From the NCBI GenBank assembly GCA_004764695.1, contig SMSO01000034.1, positions 62,001-126,000 on the forward strand: a stretch of DNA of 64,000 nucleotides. The letters are read 5' to 3'. A program made the position numbers and the translations under genes. Source of the stretch: Schizochytrium sp. TIO01. Lineage: Eukaryota > Protista > Bigyra: Labyrinthulomycetes. Each line of letters begins with the position of its first letter. Positions within the stretch are counted from its first letter, which is position 1. Shown here piece after piece: positions 19,162 to 29,357 of this stretch. Below the pieces are notes generated by a model. It did no database searches. It saw only the letters and a list, made by a program, of their open reading frames with translations, and was not told where the DNA came from.

Positions 19162-22100
19162 CCTCTCGTCCCTTCAAATGAACAGTTGCTAGCTGGCTAC
19201 TGAAGCGACAGCGGCAGCGCAGCACTGCGAGAGAAGAGCACAGCGAGCAAGAGGCTGATCGTTGAATTGAACTGAGTTGGATATTCAGTGGATTGAGAAT
19301 AATTCAATTGCGTTGAAAAGGAATGAATAACTCGAAGAAGGAAAGAACTAGAATTAAGCAAGCGCCTTTGCCGCTGGGAACCGCGCTCAGCCTCGCGCAC
19401 CCAGCCTGCGAACGCTGCACTTGGAGCTGCTCGAGCTGCGTCGGCAAAGGCCTCCTGAAAGTTCTTTGACCGAAGTAGTCGCGAAGTCTCGATACCTGTA
19501 CGAAAACGCGGCAGCTGATCTTCAGCTTTGACTGTCGAGGAACCTTGATCGAAGGGACTGATCGCAAGACCTCTCTTTTCGCACTATATCTTTGGCCGTG
19601 AGAGCGCTCGTAAGCTGAGGCAGCTGCTGCCGCACGAGTGAGCACTACCCTGTCTGCACGAAAGGGGATTGGATGCAACGATGAGCTGCTGGCAGGCCAG
19701 AGGGCGGGCTGTCGAGGGAGGCGGGTAGGTACGAGCGAGGCCCGCTCGCTTGCACGAAGCTGGGGCTGTCTTTTATTGAGGGTACCTACCTCAGATGCTT
19801 AGTGACATGGTAGGAGCTCCTAGTAGGCACATGTCGAAGTTTTATTTTTTATTTCCTATTCTTCAAATTTCCGCAGTGATTCAAGTATCAGGGATCGATT
19901 GTCGTCGTAACTTGCTTGCGTGAAAGATGATGACCGTGATAGACCTGGCAATCGTTGTAGAGTAGAGCGAACGAGGATATTGAGGCCTGGAAGTTAATCA
20001 ACATCGTTCGTTTACTGCATTCTCGCAGAGCTGATAAGTGCTAGTAATATTCTTCAATTGGGCAAAAACAACTCAAGTCAAAGAATGCAGTCACAGCGTT
20101 TGTATGCATGCTAGATTATTGTTGGGTGACAGCTGCGCCGTGTTTTCCATGGATGGTAGATAGATAAGAAAGCATGGAGACCAAAAGAACAAATGGCGCA
20201 TGAGTGAAGTTGAAATGGTGGTGAAGACCCATGCGAGTGTCAAAAAAGTGAACAATTAAGAGTTTCCACACTCGATGTTGATGCTTACACTATTACTATT
20301 TTCAAATAACAAATATTTAGTGAGTAGTCACGGTAGGTAGGCAGGTAAAAATTGATCATTGGTGCGGAGGAGTCCAATGGAAAGCAGCTATGCTCAAGAT
20401 GAATTGAATCAAAAACAGAGGGCGCTGCGCAGTGAAATCGTGGGGGGAAAGCACCATGAAAGAGCTTGGAGTATGTTGCCTTTTATAACTTTTTTCTTTC
20501 TTTTCTTTTCTAACGATTTGGATTACTACTCATACGGACCATGACGATGATGGTAACAACCTTTGTGCACACCCACATGCAAAACACCATGCATAAGCTG
20601 CGCTTCTCTCATGTCTATCTACTTCTTACAACTATGAAAGCTATTGTAAAGCTAGGATTGTTCAAAGTCTATCTTCATAGCCAATTCTCTACGGGAGGAA
20701 ATGAAACTTTGTGACTCGCCCTTCTCGTTGTATGGACACGTGCTGGCCTTGGCAACTATAGTAACAAGAGTGCTGCAATCAATCCTTGTTCTTCTTCCCT
20801 CTTGCAGCCAGGCGAATTGCTAGTAGCGATGCTAATTAACTTTCACTTTTTTTTTCATTCTTTTCAAATAAGAATAAATAAGAAAAGAAAAAGTAAGAGA
20901 AGAATAAGAAGAAACATTCAAGTGTTTAGTATTTATTGCCAATAATAACAGGGAGATAAATAAATCAAGCTATGCTCAACAAGACGGCCTGATTAGGTAT
21001 AGGTATATATGGTTAGCGTTTAGCGTTTAGCGAGAGCCACTAAACCTTTCTTCAAGGTTACTTTCCTTTGCTTTTCGTTTCAACCTTTCCATAACAAGGC
21101 TTTCTATTTAATTTAGCTACTGCTACTAAAAGCTCTACCTAGTCAATGGAAGAGCCCAAAAGTCCTGAACCCCACACGACCCGTGTACGCAAGGGATAGA
21201 TTTAAGTATAGTTGACCCTTATGAACATCACGTGCAAAGAATAGGGGAAAATACACCCCACAATCTCCTTAACAAACCCATAATTTGATAAAGAAATCAG
21301 GGTACTTTTAAGGTAGGAAGGGTAGGAAGAGGAGTGCTGCAGGAGCCAGAGATGTCGCGAAATTCAATAAAATCTTAGAGCTCATTCGTCCGCCAAAGTC
21401 AGCATCAACAGCACCAATGGTGTTTCAAGTTCGCTTTAAAACCCGTTGGTACTAGAGCAGCTCCAAGAGTGATTTTTGTAGAACTTAATTCGCGAGAATG
21501 AGATTGTGTTCAGGTGTGGAATGGGTTATTGGTGCTGGACAAAACGTCAAGTTGGCAAGCAACAACCCAAAGAAGTAGTGCGGAAGGCTTGAGGTGACAG
21601 TTTTTGTCAAGATTTTTAAGCGTTGGTGAAGCGCACGCTATATCAGCCACTACCTACCTACCAGTCTATCACTAGCAACTGTGGAATGATAAAATTCTTA
21701 GTGAGTACACAATCGCAGTGATCTAGATGACATAGATTTTGATCGATTAATAATAGATATTTTGCAGATACTCGAAAATATCAATCTGCACCAGTTCAGG
21801 TTGGTTGTACATCTGAGTAGGGATAGCATCTGACTACTCTGAGGAACTTGGCTGAGTAGTTTCGCTACCATCATACCACGCTTCCAGAGAAAGTTCAAGC
21901 AGTGAAATGGGAATTTGTAAACAATAAGGAATATGATTTATGATCAAAAGCACCAAACTAGAAATAAATAAGAAATTGAATGGAAAACACAGTACTATAG
22001 GCATCACATCCCAAGTGCCCGAGGTACCTTATAGCTAGCTGACTGGCCTGGACAGTACTACCGAGCTTTTGACAAGAAGAGAGAAGATGTCTTTTCAAGT

Positions 22101-23952
22101 TGTTTATTTATTTATTCAAAAGTTAAAGATTCAGAAGAAGAAAAAACCTAATAAAAAATCATAGGGAAGATCTACAGCACTTCCAGGAAGCAAGAACTGC
22201 GCTTAACTGCGAGCAGCCGCAAGAAACCTTTTATAACGTCCTTCCTTCCTTCCTTCCTTCCCTGAGTTTGACCTTTATGTGTTTCTAAAATGTTTCTCTC
22301 TGTTCTTGTCTGATCTGGAAGCGGCACGAAGGGCAGCACGTGAAAATATGCAAAGGAGCTTTGAACATCACGCACATCATCACAGACAAGAACAGAACAG
22401 ATCGATGAAAGTAAGCGTGAGCGGTGGGCCGCCATAATTCAAGAATCTCACTCCACGAGCGTTGGGTCAATATTTGGTTGAGGTCAGCATAATAAATCAT
22501 AGAATCGTTATAGCGTTGAAAGGTTTAATTTACATTTTACAATGATGTGCTATTCGGAAGCATCGCTGCATCGGAGAGGTCAGTGAATTGATCCGACTAT
22601 GAAGGCAAACCTGCAGTGATAGTTCAAGCGCTGACCAGTTGAGCGGAAGCTGTGACAAAGGCATCTGAAAATTCTTCTGAAAAGCTGGGACTGCTGGTAT
22701 GTATGCTGAGGTGCCAAAAGCTGTAGAATTCGCGTGCAGGAACGTAAACAGCTTGTAACGTAGTGAAGAGCCATTGCATAGCACAAAGTGAACGTGCTAG
22801 GTACTGTTATAGAACATGTGCCCTCTTAGCGCAATTACCACCGTTGTGCTAAAAAACATGGCTCGCGACCATTATTTGTCATATCCTCCTTGAATCTATA
22901 GAAGAAAACGCCTGGAAAGAGCTAGTTATGTGTATGAAACAAGCCTGTTCGGATCCGCATTAAAGAATAATGCCGCTCTTCCTGTTGTCACTTTAATACC
23001 AAAGTCCCTCTTCAAGTCAGTAAAGCGGAAGTGGCGACACGTTTCCGGCTTTTGCAGTTCCCTGTTGAACAGTTTGACCTCAATAGGCGCGCAAGGGTCA
23101 GATCACTGTAAACAATGGCCGCGTCAAGGTTGGAGCTGCCCCTCAAGGCTTACGCTTTCTTCACTAACATCCAGTTTCTATCAAAGTAATTCGAATGTTT
23201 AACCCTTCAAGATTTAGCAGCACACACTCGTAGCTAGACTAGTAATATAGGGTTTCAGGTGGGCACAGAGAGAGCTGGGCGAGGGAGAGGGCTAAGCTTG
23301 TGACTATACAACAGGGGATTTGTTAGCCTTTATTTTTTCTCCTTTAATTTAGCAGAGGGAAAGAGGCGGAAACACACAACAACAGTATGCCCCTCCCAGA
23401 GATGATGAAACTCTCGACCTGTCAATGAGTGTTTGCCTTAGCTTGAGGTTTTACCCAAGTCTTTTCTTTAATATTATTGCAGAGTAGCCTGTGATTAATG
23501 AGAGTGTCCGTCTTTTATCTTTTTGGACAGATATACATTTGTTTAGGTATTCACAACTCTAGATTTCTTTCTTTCAAATAACGCATTGATTTCATCTAAA
23601 CTGAAGTCATTCTCTAGAGAACATCTACTGTCTCAGAGCTCGAAGAGACAATCATGACAAATATTACTAGATATCTTCTGAGAGCTCAAGCTACGGAAAT
23701 GAGAAACCGGTTTAGCTTCGCCAAGACATTTTGTTCTGATCTTGACGAGAATTTTTAAAGGAAAATGTCAACATTCGAGTAAAATGAAGTCCCTTGAAAG
23801 ACTGAAGATCGTTGTGATAAATTGGCGAATGACTATTCTAAAATAATGAATTAATCACATGATTAGCTTTTAAATATGAGCTAGCTAAAATTTCCTAATT
23901 TTCTCATAGAAATTAGTGCAGATTAGTCCACGCGCACTATTGTGATGAATAA

Positions 23953-25563
23953 CTAAAGATCCTGGTCTTCTTGATGACTAAAGCCCCTTTTCTTGCCTTG
24001 TGCAATCTGAACAAATTGATCAATAAGATGGAAGGCATGCGAAGGTTGGTCGGCCGGCACCATATGGCCAGCATTACGAATGACAACTGTTGTGAGCGAG
24101 CCAGCAGTTTTCCAGTACCCAGCAACCATACCTTGAGAATCCTTCCAGATCTTTTGACCTTGCGCGTGATACTCCTTCGCCTCTGGAAATTGCAAGCGCT
24201 CTAGCATGCCCTCGGTAAGAACAGGGTGGATAATGACATCCAACATACCATTGTAAATAAGTACGGGCACGGAGGAATTCAGGAGCTGCTCTACTTCAGG
24301 GCGAAAGGAGACCATGAAGTCCGAACGGAGAGCCATTTCTACATCTCGACTATGGGCTCCAAATGGAATGGAGCCCACATGAATCCCACGCCTGACGTGC
24401 GGCTGGTCCACAAACTTGCCAAACAGGTCCTCCTCAGGCGGCTCCTCTGTGCGCATGTAATTAAAGTAATCCGTAAGTCCTGTCACGTTTGCGAAATAAC
24501 TTGGTTCACCCGAAAGGTCACCGTTGATCATTTCATCCCACACAGCAAACGCCTCACTCATCTCGTTTGCGATGATGTGATTGGTTGCTCGAGTTGTGTA
24601 GTTTGCAATTTGCTTTCGCTCAATAGCAGAAATAAGTCCCACATTATACAGCACGTCCGGATAGCGAGGTACGTGGTGAACTGGGTCGATCCACGCATTG
24701 CCGGCACTAACACCAATAAAAGGAATAAAATCTTGCTTTGCCAAAAGTGCAGACAAACCCATCGTGTAGTGACCACCGTAGCTCTCGCCTGCAACAATCA
24801 AATCGCCCTTTTGAAGCTCGGGGAACATGGTGTAAAAGCTTTGCAGTAAAGATACGAGCTGATGAGACACTTGATCCCTCGTATTATCACAGTATTCTCC
24901 CTTTTGAGCGACACTGAAACCAGTACCTGCGGGGTTATCTACAAACAGCATGCCATACTTTCGTGTCCAGGACCACTCGCGCCATTTCAAATCTAACCGT
25001 GAGTCTAAGCTAAATGGGCCGAGTTCGCCAAACATTCCAAAGAGCGACGAAGATCCTGGACCACCTTGCAGCCACAATATCACAGTCATGGGCTCAAGGC
25101 TCTCCACCGAATTGGCAGATCGACCCTCCTCCTTCACAGGTGGCACAAACCACCAGAAAAGTTGGTTCTCAGCAGTCTCATTAACAGTTGCCAGGCACGC
25201 CCACGAGTCTACACCGCCGAGGACTTCGTTAGGAACACGGCAAGCGTCACGAGCTTCGTTGATGCGGTCAGGCAAGAATTGAACAACGTCGATAGGTTCG
25301 CCAACGTCGTCGTTCATTTCGCCATCCGTGGCTCCATTTATATTACGTACGAAATGTGAGCTCGAGTCTGAGAACCTGTGACGAACGGTCGCTCCATGCG
25401 GCGAGCAGCAGTGTCCAAGAGCAATGAGCGTTAGAGTCAAAGCCACCACCGCGCCGAAACGCAACAGACGTCCACGCAAGCTGCGCGGGACCTTGCCAGG
25501 AGCTTCAGAGGCCGTTGAGGATGCCTCCATGAGCGGCGCTCCCATACTTCTATAAGATGACAT
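23953..25563 (-). CDS. Serine carboxypeptidase, family S10 (CPVL/vitellogenic-like)
   Basis: Motifs WLQGGPGSSSLFGMFGELGP, LFVDNPAGTGFS, catalytic Ser in GESYGG, Asp in YNGMLDVII and His in NAGHMVPADQP. N-terminal hydrophobic anchor FGAVVALTLTLIALG. First ATG at 25563 (536 aa). Confidence 0.95.
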   Translation of the reverse strand: MSSYRSMGAPLMEASSTASEAPGKVPRSLRGRLLRFGAVVALTLTLIALGHCCSPHGATVRHRFSDSSSHFVRNINGATDGEMNDDVGEPIDVVQFLPDRINEARDACRVPNEVLGGVDSWACLATVNETAENQLFWWFVPPVKEEGRSANSVESLEPMTVILWLQGGPGSSSLFGMFGELGPFSLDSRLDLKWREWSWTRKYGMLFVDNPAGTGFSVAQKGEYCDNTRDQVSHQLVSLLQSFYTMFPELQKGDLIVAGESYGGHYTMGLSALLAKQDFIPFIGVSAGNAWIDPVHHVPRYPDVLYNVGLISAIERKQIANYTTRATNHIIANEMSEAFAVWDEMINGDLSGEPSYFANVTGLTDYFNYMRTEEPPEEDLFGKFVDQPHVRRGIHVGSIPFGAHSRDVEMALRSDFMVSFRPEVEQLLNSSVPVLIYNGMLDVIIHPVLTEGMLERLQFPEAKEYHAQGQKIWKDSQGMVAGYWKTAGSLTTVVIRNAGHMVPADQPSHAFHLIDQFVQIAQGKKRGFSHQEDQDL

Positions 25564-26468
25564 CTTGGTAGGAGGCAAACCCAGTCTTGGGTTTTTTGGA
25601 TTTGATTTGTCCTGGGATTTTCGTCTCCTTCTTGACGTATCTCTAGCTAGTACTACTATCTACCTTTATTCACATACTTCTACCAACAACAATCACTTTT
25701 AAAAAATTAATTCAAAAAATTAGAGTTAGCAATAGATATATTTACTTAGTACCTCCGTAGCTTTGGATAATCCTGAGCACGAGACTCAAACAGTAATCTC
25801 AACAAGAAACTGTGTCGCTATTCGTCGCGAAATAATAGCACCAAAAGAGTATGTCAACTGAAGCAAACTGTGATCAAACTTGACGAAACGTCCAACTGGT
25901 GGTTTTTACTTCAAACATATCAGAATAGTATCATAATAAAATGCAATTTTCTTTTTCTGGATTCTGAATCTCTGATATCTACTACTAGTGGGTTGACGCG
26001 ATTCTCAAAAGAGCAAGAAGCATATGCAAATGAAGAATCTGGTGATATGACTAGGTTCTTCTGTCAGACCAAGCTTATTTTCTGAAAAGACGGGCTTCTG
26101 TCAATTGTAGACAAGAGAGGACGCACGAATGTTGGAGTCATTGCACATACATAACTACGGGGTGAGGCGAGACGCACAACATAAAGAAGAGGACAATAAA
26201 GCAGTGTGAAAAGAAAATAGCATTTGACTGCACAGCAAAGGAAATCTGAGAAGGCAAAGAGGAAAGGGAAAGGCAGCACAGCGAATCGCGAGAATGAATG
26301 GTGCGACAGAGCAATGGGACATGGCCAATGACGCAGGAGCGTGACAAAGTGCTAGCGAGGAGGAGACAAAACAGTAATAGTATGGTAGAGGATTGTGTGT
26401 TGTTGGTGTGCATATATGAATGTGTGATGTTATACTATCGTGAAAGTTAACAAGGGGGGGGGGGTAAA

Positions 26469-27416
26469 TCAGGGAAGGTGGAACTGCACCATGGTGCGGA
26501 GCTCATCGAGGGAGTGAAAGCTGGGGACCTGCTGGCCGGCGATGGTCCAGCACGGGTAGCCGGGGAGCTTGGCCTTTTCACACTGCTCCTTGTTCTCGGG
26601 CTTATCACAGAGCACGACGTTAAGCTTGTCAGCGTACTCGCCGAACTCAAGGATCTGACGCTGGGTCCATTGGCAGGAACTGTGTCCGTAGAGCACGGCC
26701 TTGTTTTCACTGAGGCGGTTGGCGACCTTCTCCTGGATCTCGCCAGGGGAGTAGATGGGGCGGTTGTCAACGAGAGCAATAGCCTGGTGCTGGCCGTGGA
26801 AGACCTGATCAATGATAATGTAAGAGAACTCGCCCTTGTCCATGTTCTCGGCAACCTCAGCAAAGACGGCAGCCTTGCCTCTGGATCCCTCGACGTTGAA
26901 CTGAATGCGGATGCGCTTGACACCATCAATATCACGGTACTCCTGGTGCTCAATGTGGTTGCGGCGACCCTCCTTGCGGCGAGAGTACTCTGCACCGTAG
27001 GCCCTGATGTTGTCTCCGAGACGCGAGGTCACCTCGGGCTTGTTGCGAATCTCCTCAAAAGCGGCGTTGAAGACCGAGTTCGGGCTCATCTTTGTGGGCA
27101 TGAGCTCCTTCACGATGTAGTATCCGCTCACGCAGACCAGACCGAGCACACCAACCCAGACCATGCTGGAGGCGGCAGTCTTGGCGCCCTGCTCGAAGCG
27201 AATGGTGGTCGGGGGCGGTGCACCCTCGGCTGTCTCCTGCACGGACGAAGTCTTGGGCTTCTCGGTGTTCAAACGCCGGGTCTGCTGCTGACGGAGCGCA
27301 GTGGTGCGGCGCATGGCGAGGCGGCCATTGCCACGGGCGACGACGGCGCGCGAGGAGGCGGCCACGCGGAGAGGCGCGGAGGCGCGGGAGAGCGCGAGGA
27401 AGGCAGAGGCGGACAT
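26469..27416 (-). CDS. TIM21: Mitochondrial import subunit Tim21 fused to a C-terminal thioredoxin/glutaredoxin-like domain
   Basis: Arg/Ala-rich presequence, TM MVWVGVLGLVCVSGYYIV-KEL, and Tim21 signature SPNSVFNAAFEEIR...LGDNIRAYG...GRRN...IQFNVEGSRGKAAVFAEV. An extra ~85 aa follows: AVLYGHSSCQWTQRQILEFG...VLCDK...QCEKAKLPGYPCWTIAG...HSLDEL. Confidence 0.88.
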   Translation of the reverse strand: MSASAFLALSRASAPLRVAASSRAVVARGNGRLAMRRTTALRQQQTRRLNTEKPKTSSVQETAEGAPPPTTIRFEQGAKTAASSMVWVGVLGLVCVSGYYIVKELMPTKMSPNSVFNAAFEEIRNKPEVTSRLGDNIRAYGAEYSRRKEGRRNHIEHQEYRDIDGVKRIRIQFNVEGSRGKAAVFAEVAENMDKGEFSYIIIDQVFHGQHQAIALVDNRPIYSPGEIQEKVANRLSENKAVLYGHSSCQWTQRQILEFGEYADKLNVVLCDKPENKEQCEKAKLPGYPCWTIAGQQVPSFHSLDELRTMVQFHLP

Positions 27417-27611
27417 CGTCGGCGCGGCGGAGCAGGCGGCGGAGCAGGCGGCGCGGAGCGAGCGATTCGGATTTGACTTCGCGACGATGCCTTCAGTGCT
27501 TTGCTTTCCTCTCCTCTGCTCTGCTCTCCTTGGCTTTCCTTGGAGACCTTTGGTTTCCTATAGGAATCTCAATAGTCAAAAGCAGACAAAGAAAGAAGAA
27601 TCACTCAATCA

Positions 27612-27748
27612 CTCTTCTTCTTATTACTCTTCCTATTCCTATTACTCTTCTTACTCTTCTTACTCTTCTTACTCTTCTTACTCTTCTTATTCTTCTTCTT
27701 CTTCTTACTCTTCTTATTCTTCTTACTCTTCTTCTTATTATTATTGTT
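27612..27748. repeat. (TTACTCTTC)n / (TTC/TTA)n low-complexity microsatellite
   Basis: Repeated ttactcttc and ttattcttc units upstream of TIM21. Confidence 0.9.
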
Positions 27749-27789
27749 ATCAATATCACTCTATTGTTGTTACTGCGCCCTCATAGCTA

Positions 27790-28500
27790 GCTACTATCTA
27801 CCTAGCTAACCCGCACTCCTAGCGGCCAATAGGAGAAGGCGTAGGAGTCCGGAGGCGTGCCCGCGATGGGTTGCTTCAGAAAAGGACAGAGCAAGCCTCG
27901 GATTGGACTCGCTCGAGAGGAGAAGCAGAGGACAGGGCACGGCGGGAAGTGCAGGCAGGCTGGAGGTTCGCCGACATGCGTGCAGCCTTGGGCTGCTCGA
28001 GCGAGCGAGCGAGCAAGCAGGCAGGCAGGCAGGCAGGCTTGGGCTCTGGGCTCGCCCGGGGTTTTGAAATTTGAAATCTGAGTTTGAATTTTGAATTTGC
28101 GGATTTTTGAATTCAATTTTTTGCAATTTGAATTTGAAGTCGGTTGAATCCCAGCAATTTCAAGAATGCGAGGCTGGGAGGAGAGAGGTCTGGTGCGCCC
28201 TTCGCGCGGCTTGGGGTCCTCTGCGAGGAAGCGAGGTGCTGGCCTGCCTGCCTGCCTGCAGTGGAGGAGCCCAAATGTAAAGCGGAATCTCGAAATCTGG
28301 ACAAGCGAAAGAGCAAAAATCTTGGTCGAAAACTTGAAAATTCGAAAATTCGAAAATTTGACGATTTTGAAAATTCAAATTCAAATCCGAATCGCCGAAG
28401 CGTAAACTCTGCTCCGGGGTGCTCCGCTCCCTCCGCCAGGGCTTTGTTGACCGCGCCGTTGATCGCTCCCGAGTCCACAGATCAGCCCTGCTGAAGCCAA
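27790..28500. promoter_or_regulatory. Probable divergent promoter region between TIM21 (-) and IFT70 (+): GC-rich island with (GCGA)n/(AGGC)n tracts and two oppositely biased TTTGAA/TTCGAAAA blocks
   Basis: Lies between head-to-head genes. Contains CCAAT/ATTGG at ~27826 and ~27902, and blocks at 28062-28140 and 28326-28392. Function is inferred from position only. Confidence 0.45.
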
Positions 28501-29357
28501 GAACGCCCTCGGTGTTTAGGAAAGAGACTGCTCAACTTTAGAAAAGAAGAAAAGAAAAGAAGAAGAATGGCCATGAGATTGAGATTGTTCTGTCTTTCGC
28601 GCTCTCCCACCCCCTCTTTCTCTCTTTGTTCCAAGGTCCAACTCTGCCGCGCGAGGCACCGCTATAAGCCAGGCCACAGGCCAGAAAGTCCACACCAAAC
28701 TCCAAGGAACCTGCATCACCTGGGAACGAGTCGGGTTCCGAGGCGCGAGGTCCTTGTATCTAGGCAATAGAGGAAGAAAAGAAGAAAGTGCAGCCGTTCT
28801 TCGTGAAGTCTGCAAAGCAAAGCAAAGCAAAGCAAAGCCACGAAACAGAGTCACAGACTGCGCAACCCGCCCATAATTGGAAAGCTGCGTGGACTGCGCA
28901 ACTCTTGCAAAACCCAAATTTAAATTATAAAGGGTTGTGCAGACCGCGGCGTAGCTCAACGGTCATTTATACATGCGACATGATAACGAGGCACATTATG
29001 TATATAGGAACGTGGACAGAAAGGCTTCGATTGTTGAGAATGGAAACAGAGGCAATATGACGGTAAAGCTGGGATGCAAGAATTGAACAGCTTGAAAAAA
29101 GTTGCCTGTTAATTTGGCGGTTTAATCTGCTCACTATCTGATTGAGACCAATCGAGCTATACATAAATTAATTGAAAGGAGTGTTTCATCTATTTTAAAG
29201 GACTGCTAAAAAGCGAATCAGAGAACCAAGTGCATTTCTTGCTACTTTATCGGCATCCATAAGGAAGCGAGTAGACGGATAATAACAAACGCAGAGTCAA
29301 AACGTCGGGCGTGCAATTGTCAGAGAGAGCAAGCCCAACAAGCAAACGAGCGCAAGA

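Noticed and set aside
22546-22785. 240-bp segment bounded by the 8-bp inverted repeat TGTGCTAT/ATAGCACA (MITE or structured RNA?)
   Set aside because: An 8-bp match is expected by chance; no target-site duplication and no RNase P/MRP or snoRNA consensus recognised.
26478-27476. 332-aa plus-strand ORF antisense to TIM21
   Set aside because: Shadow frame produced by strong codon bias on the sense gene; no recognisable motifs.
27218-27790. ORFs with poly-LLT or poly-SSY tails
   Set aside because: Translations of the TTACTCTTC microsatellite.
28946-29035. tRNA-like start GCGGCGTAGCTCAACGG
   Set aside because: A-box-like only; no T-arm GTTCRA at the proper distance and no acceptor-stem complement.
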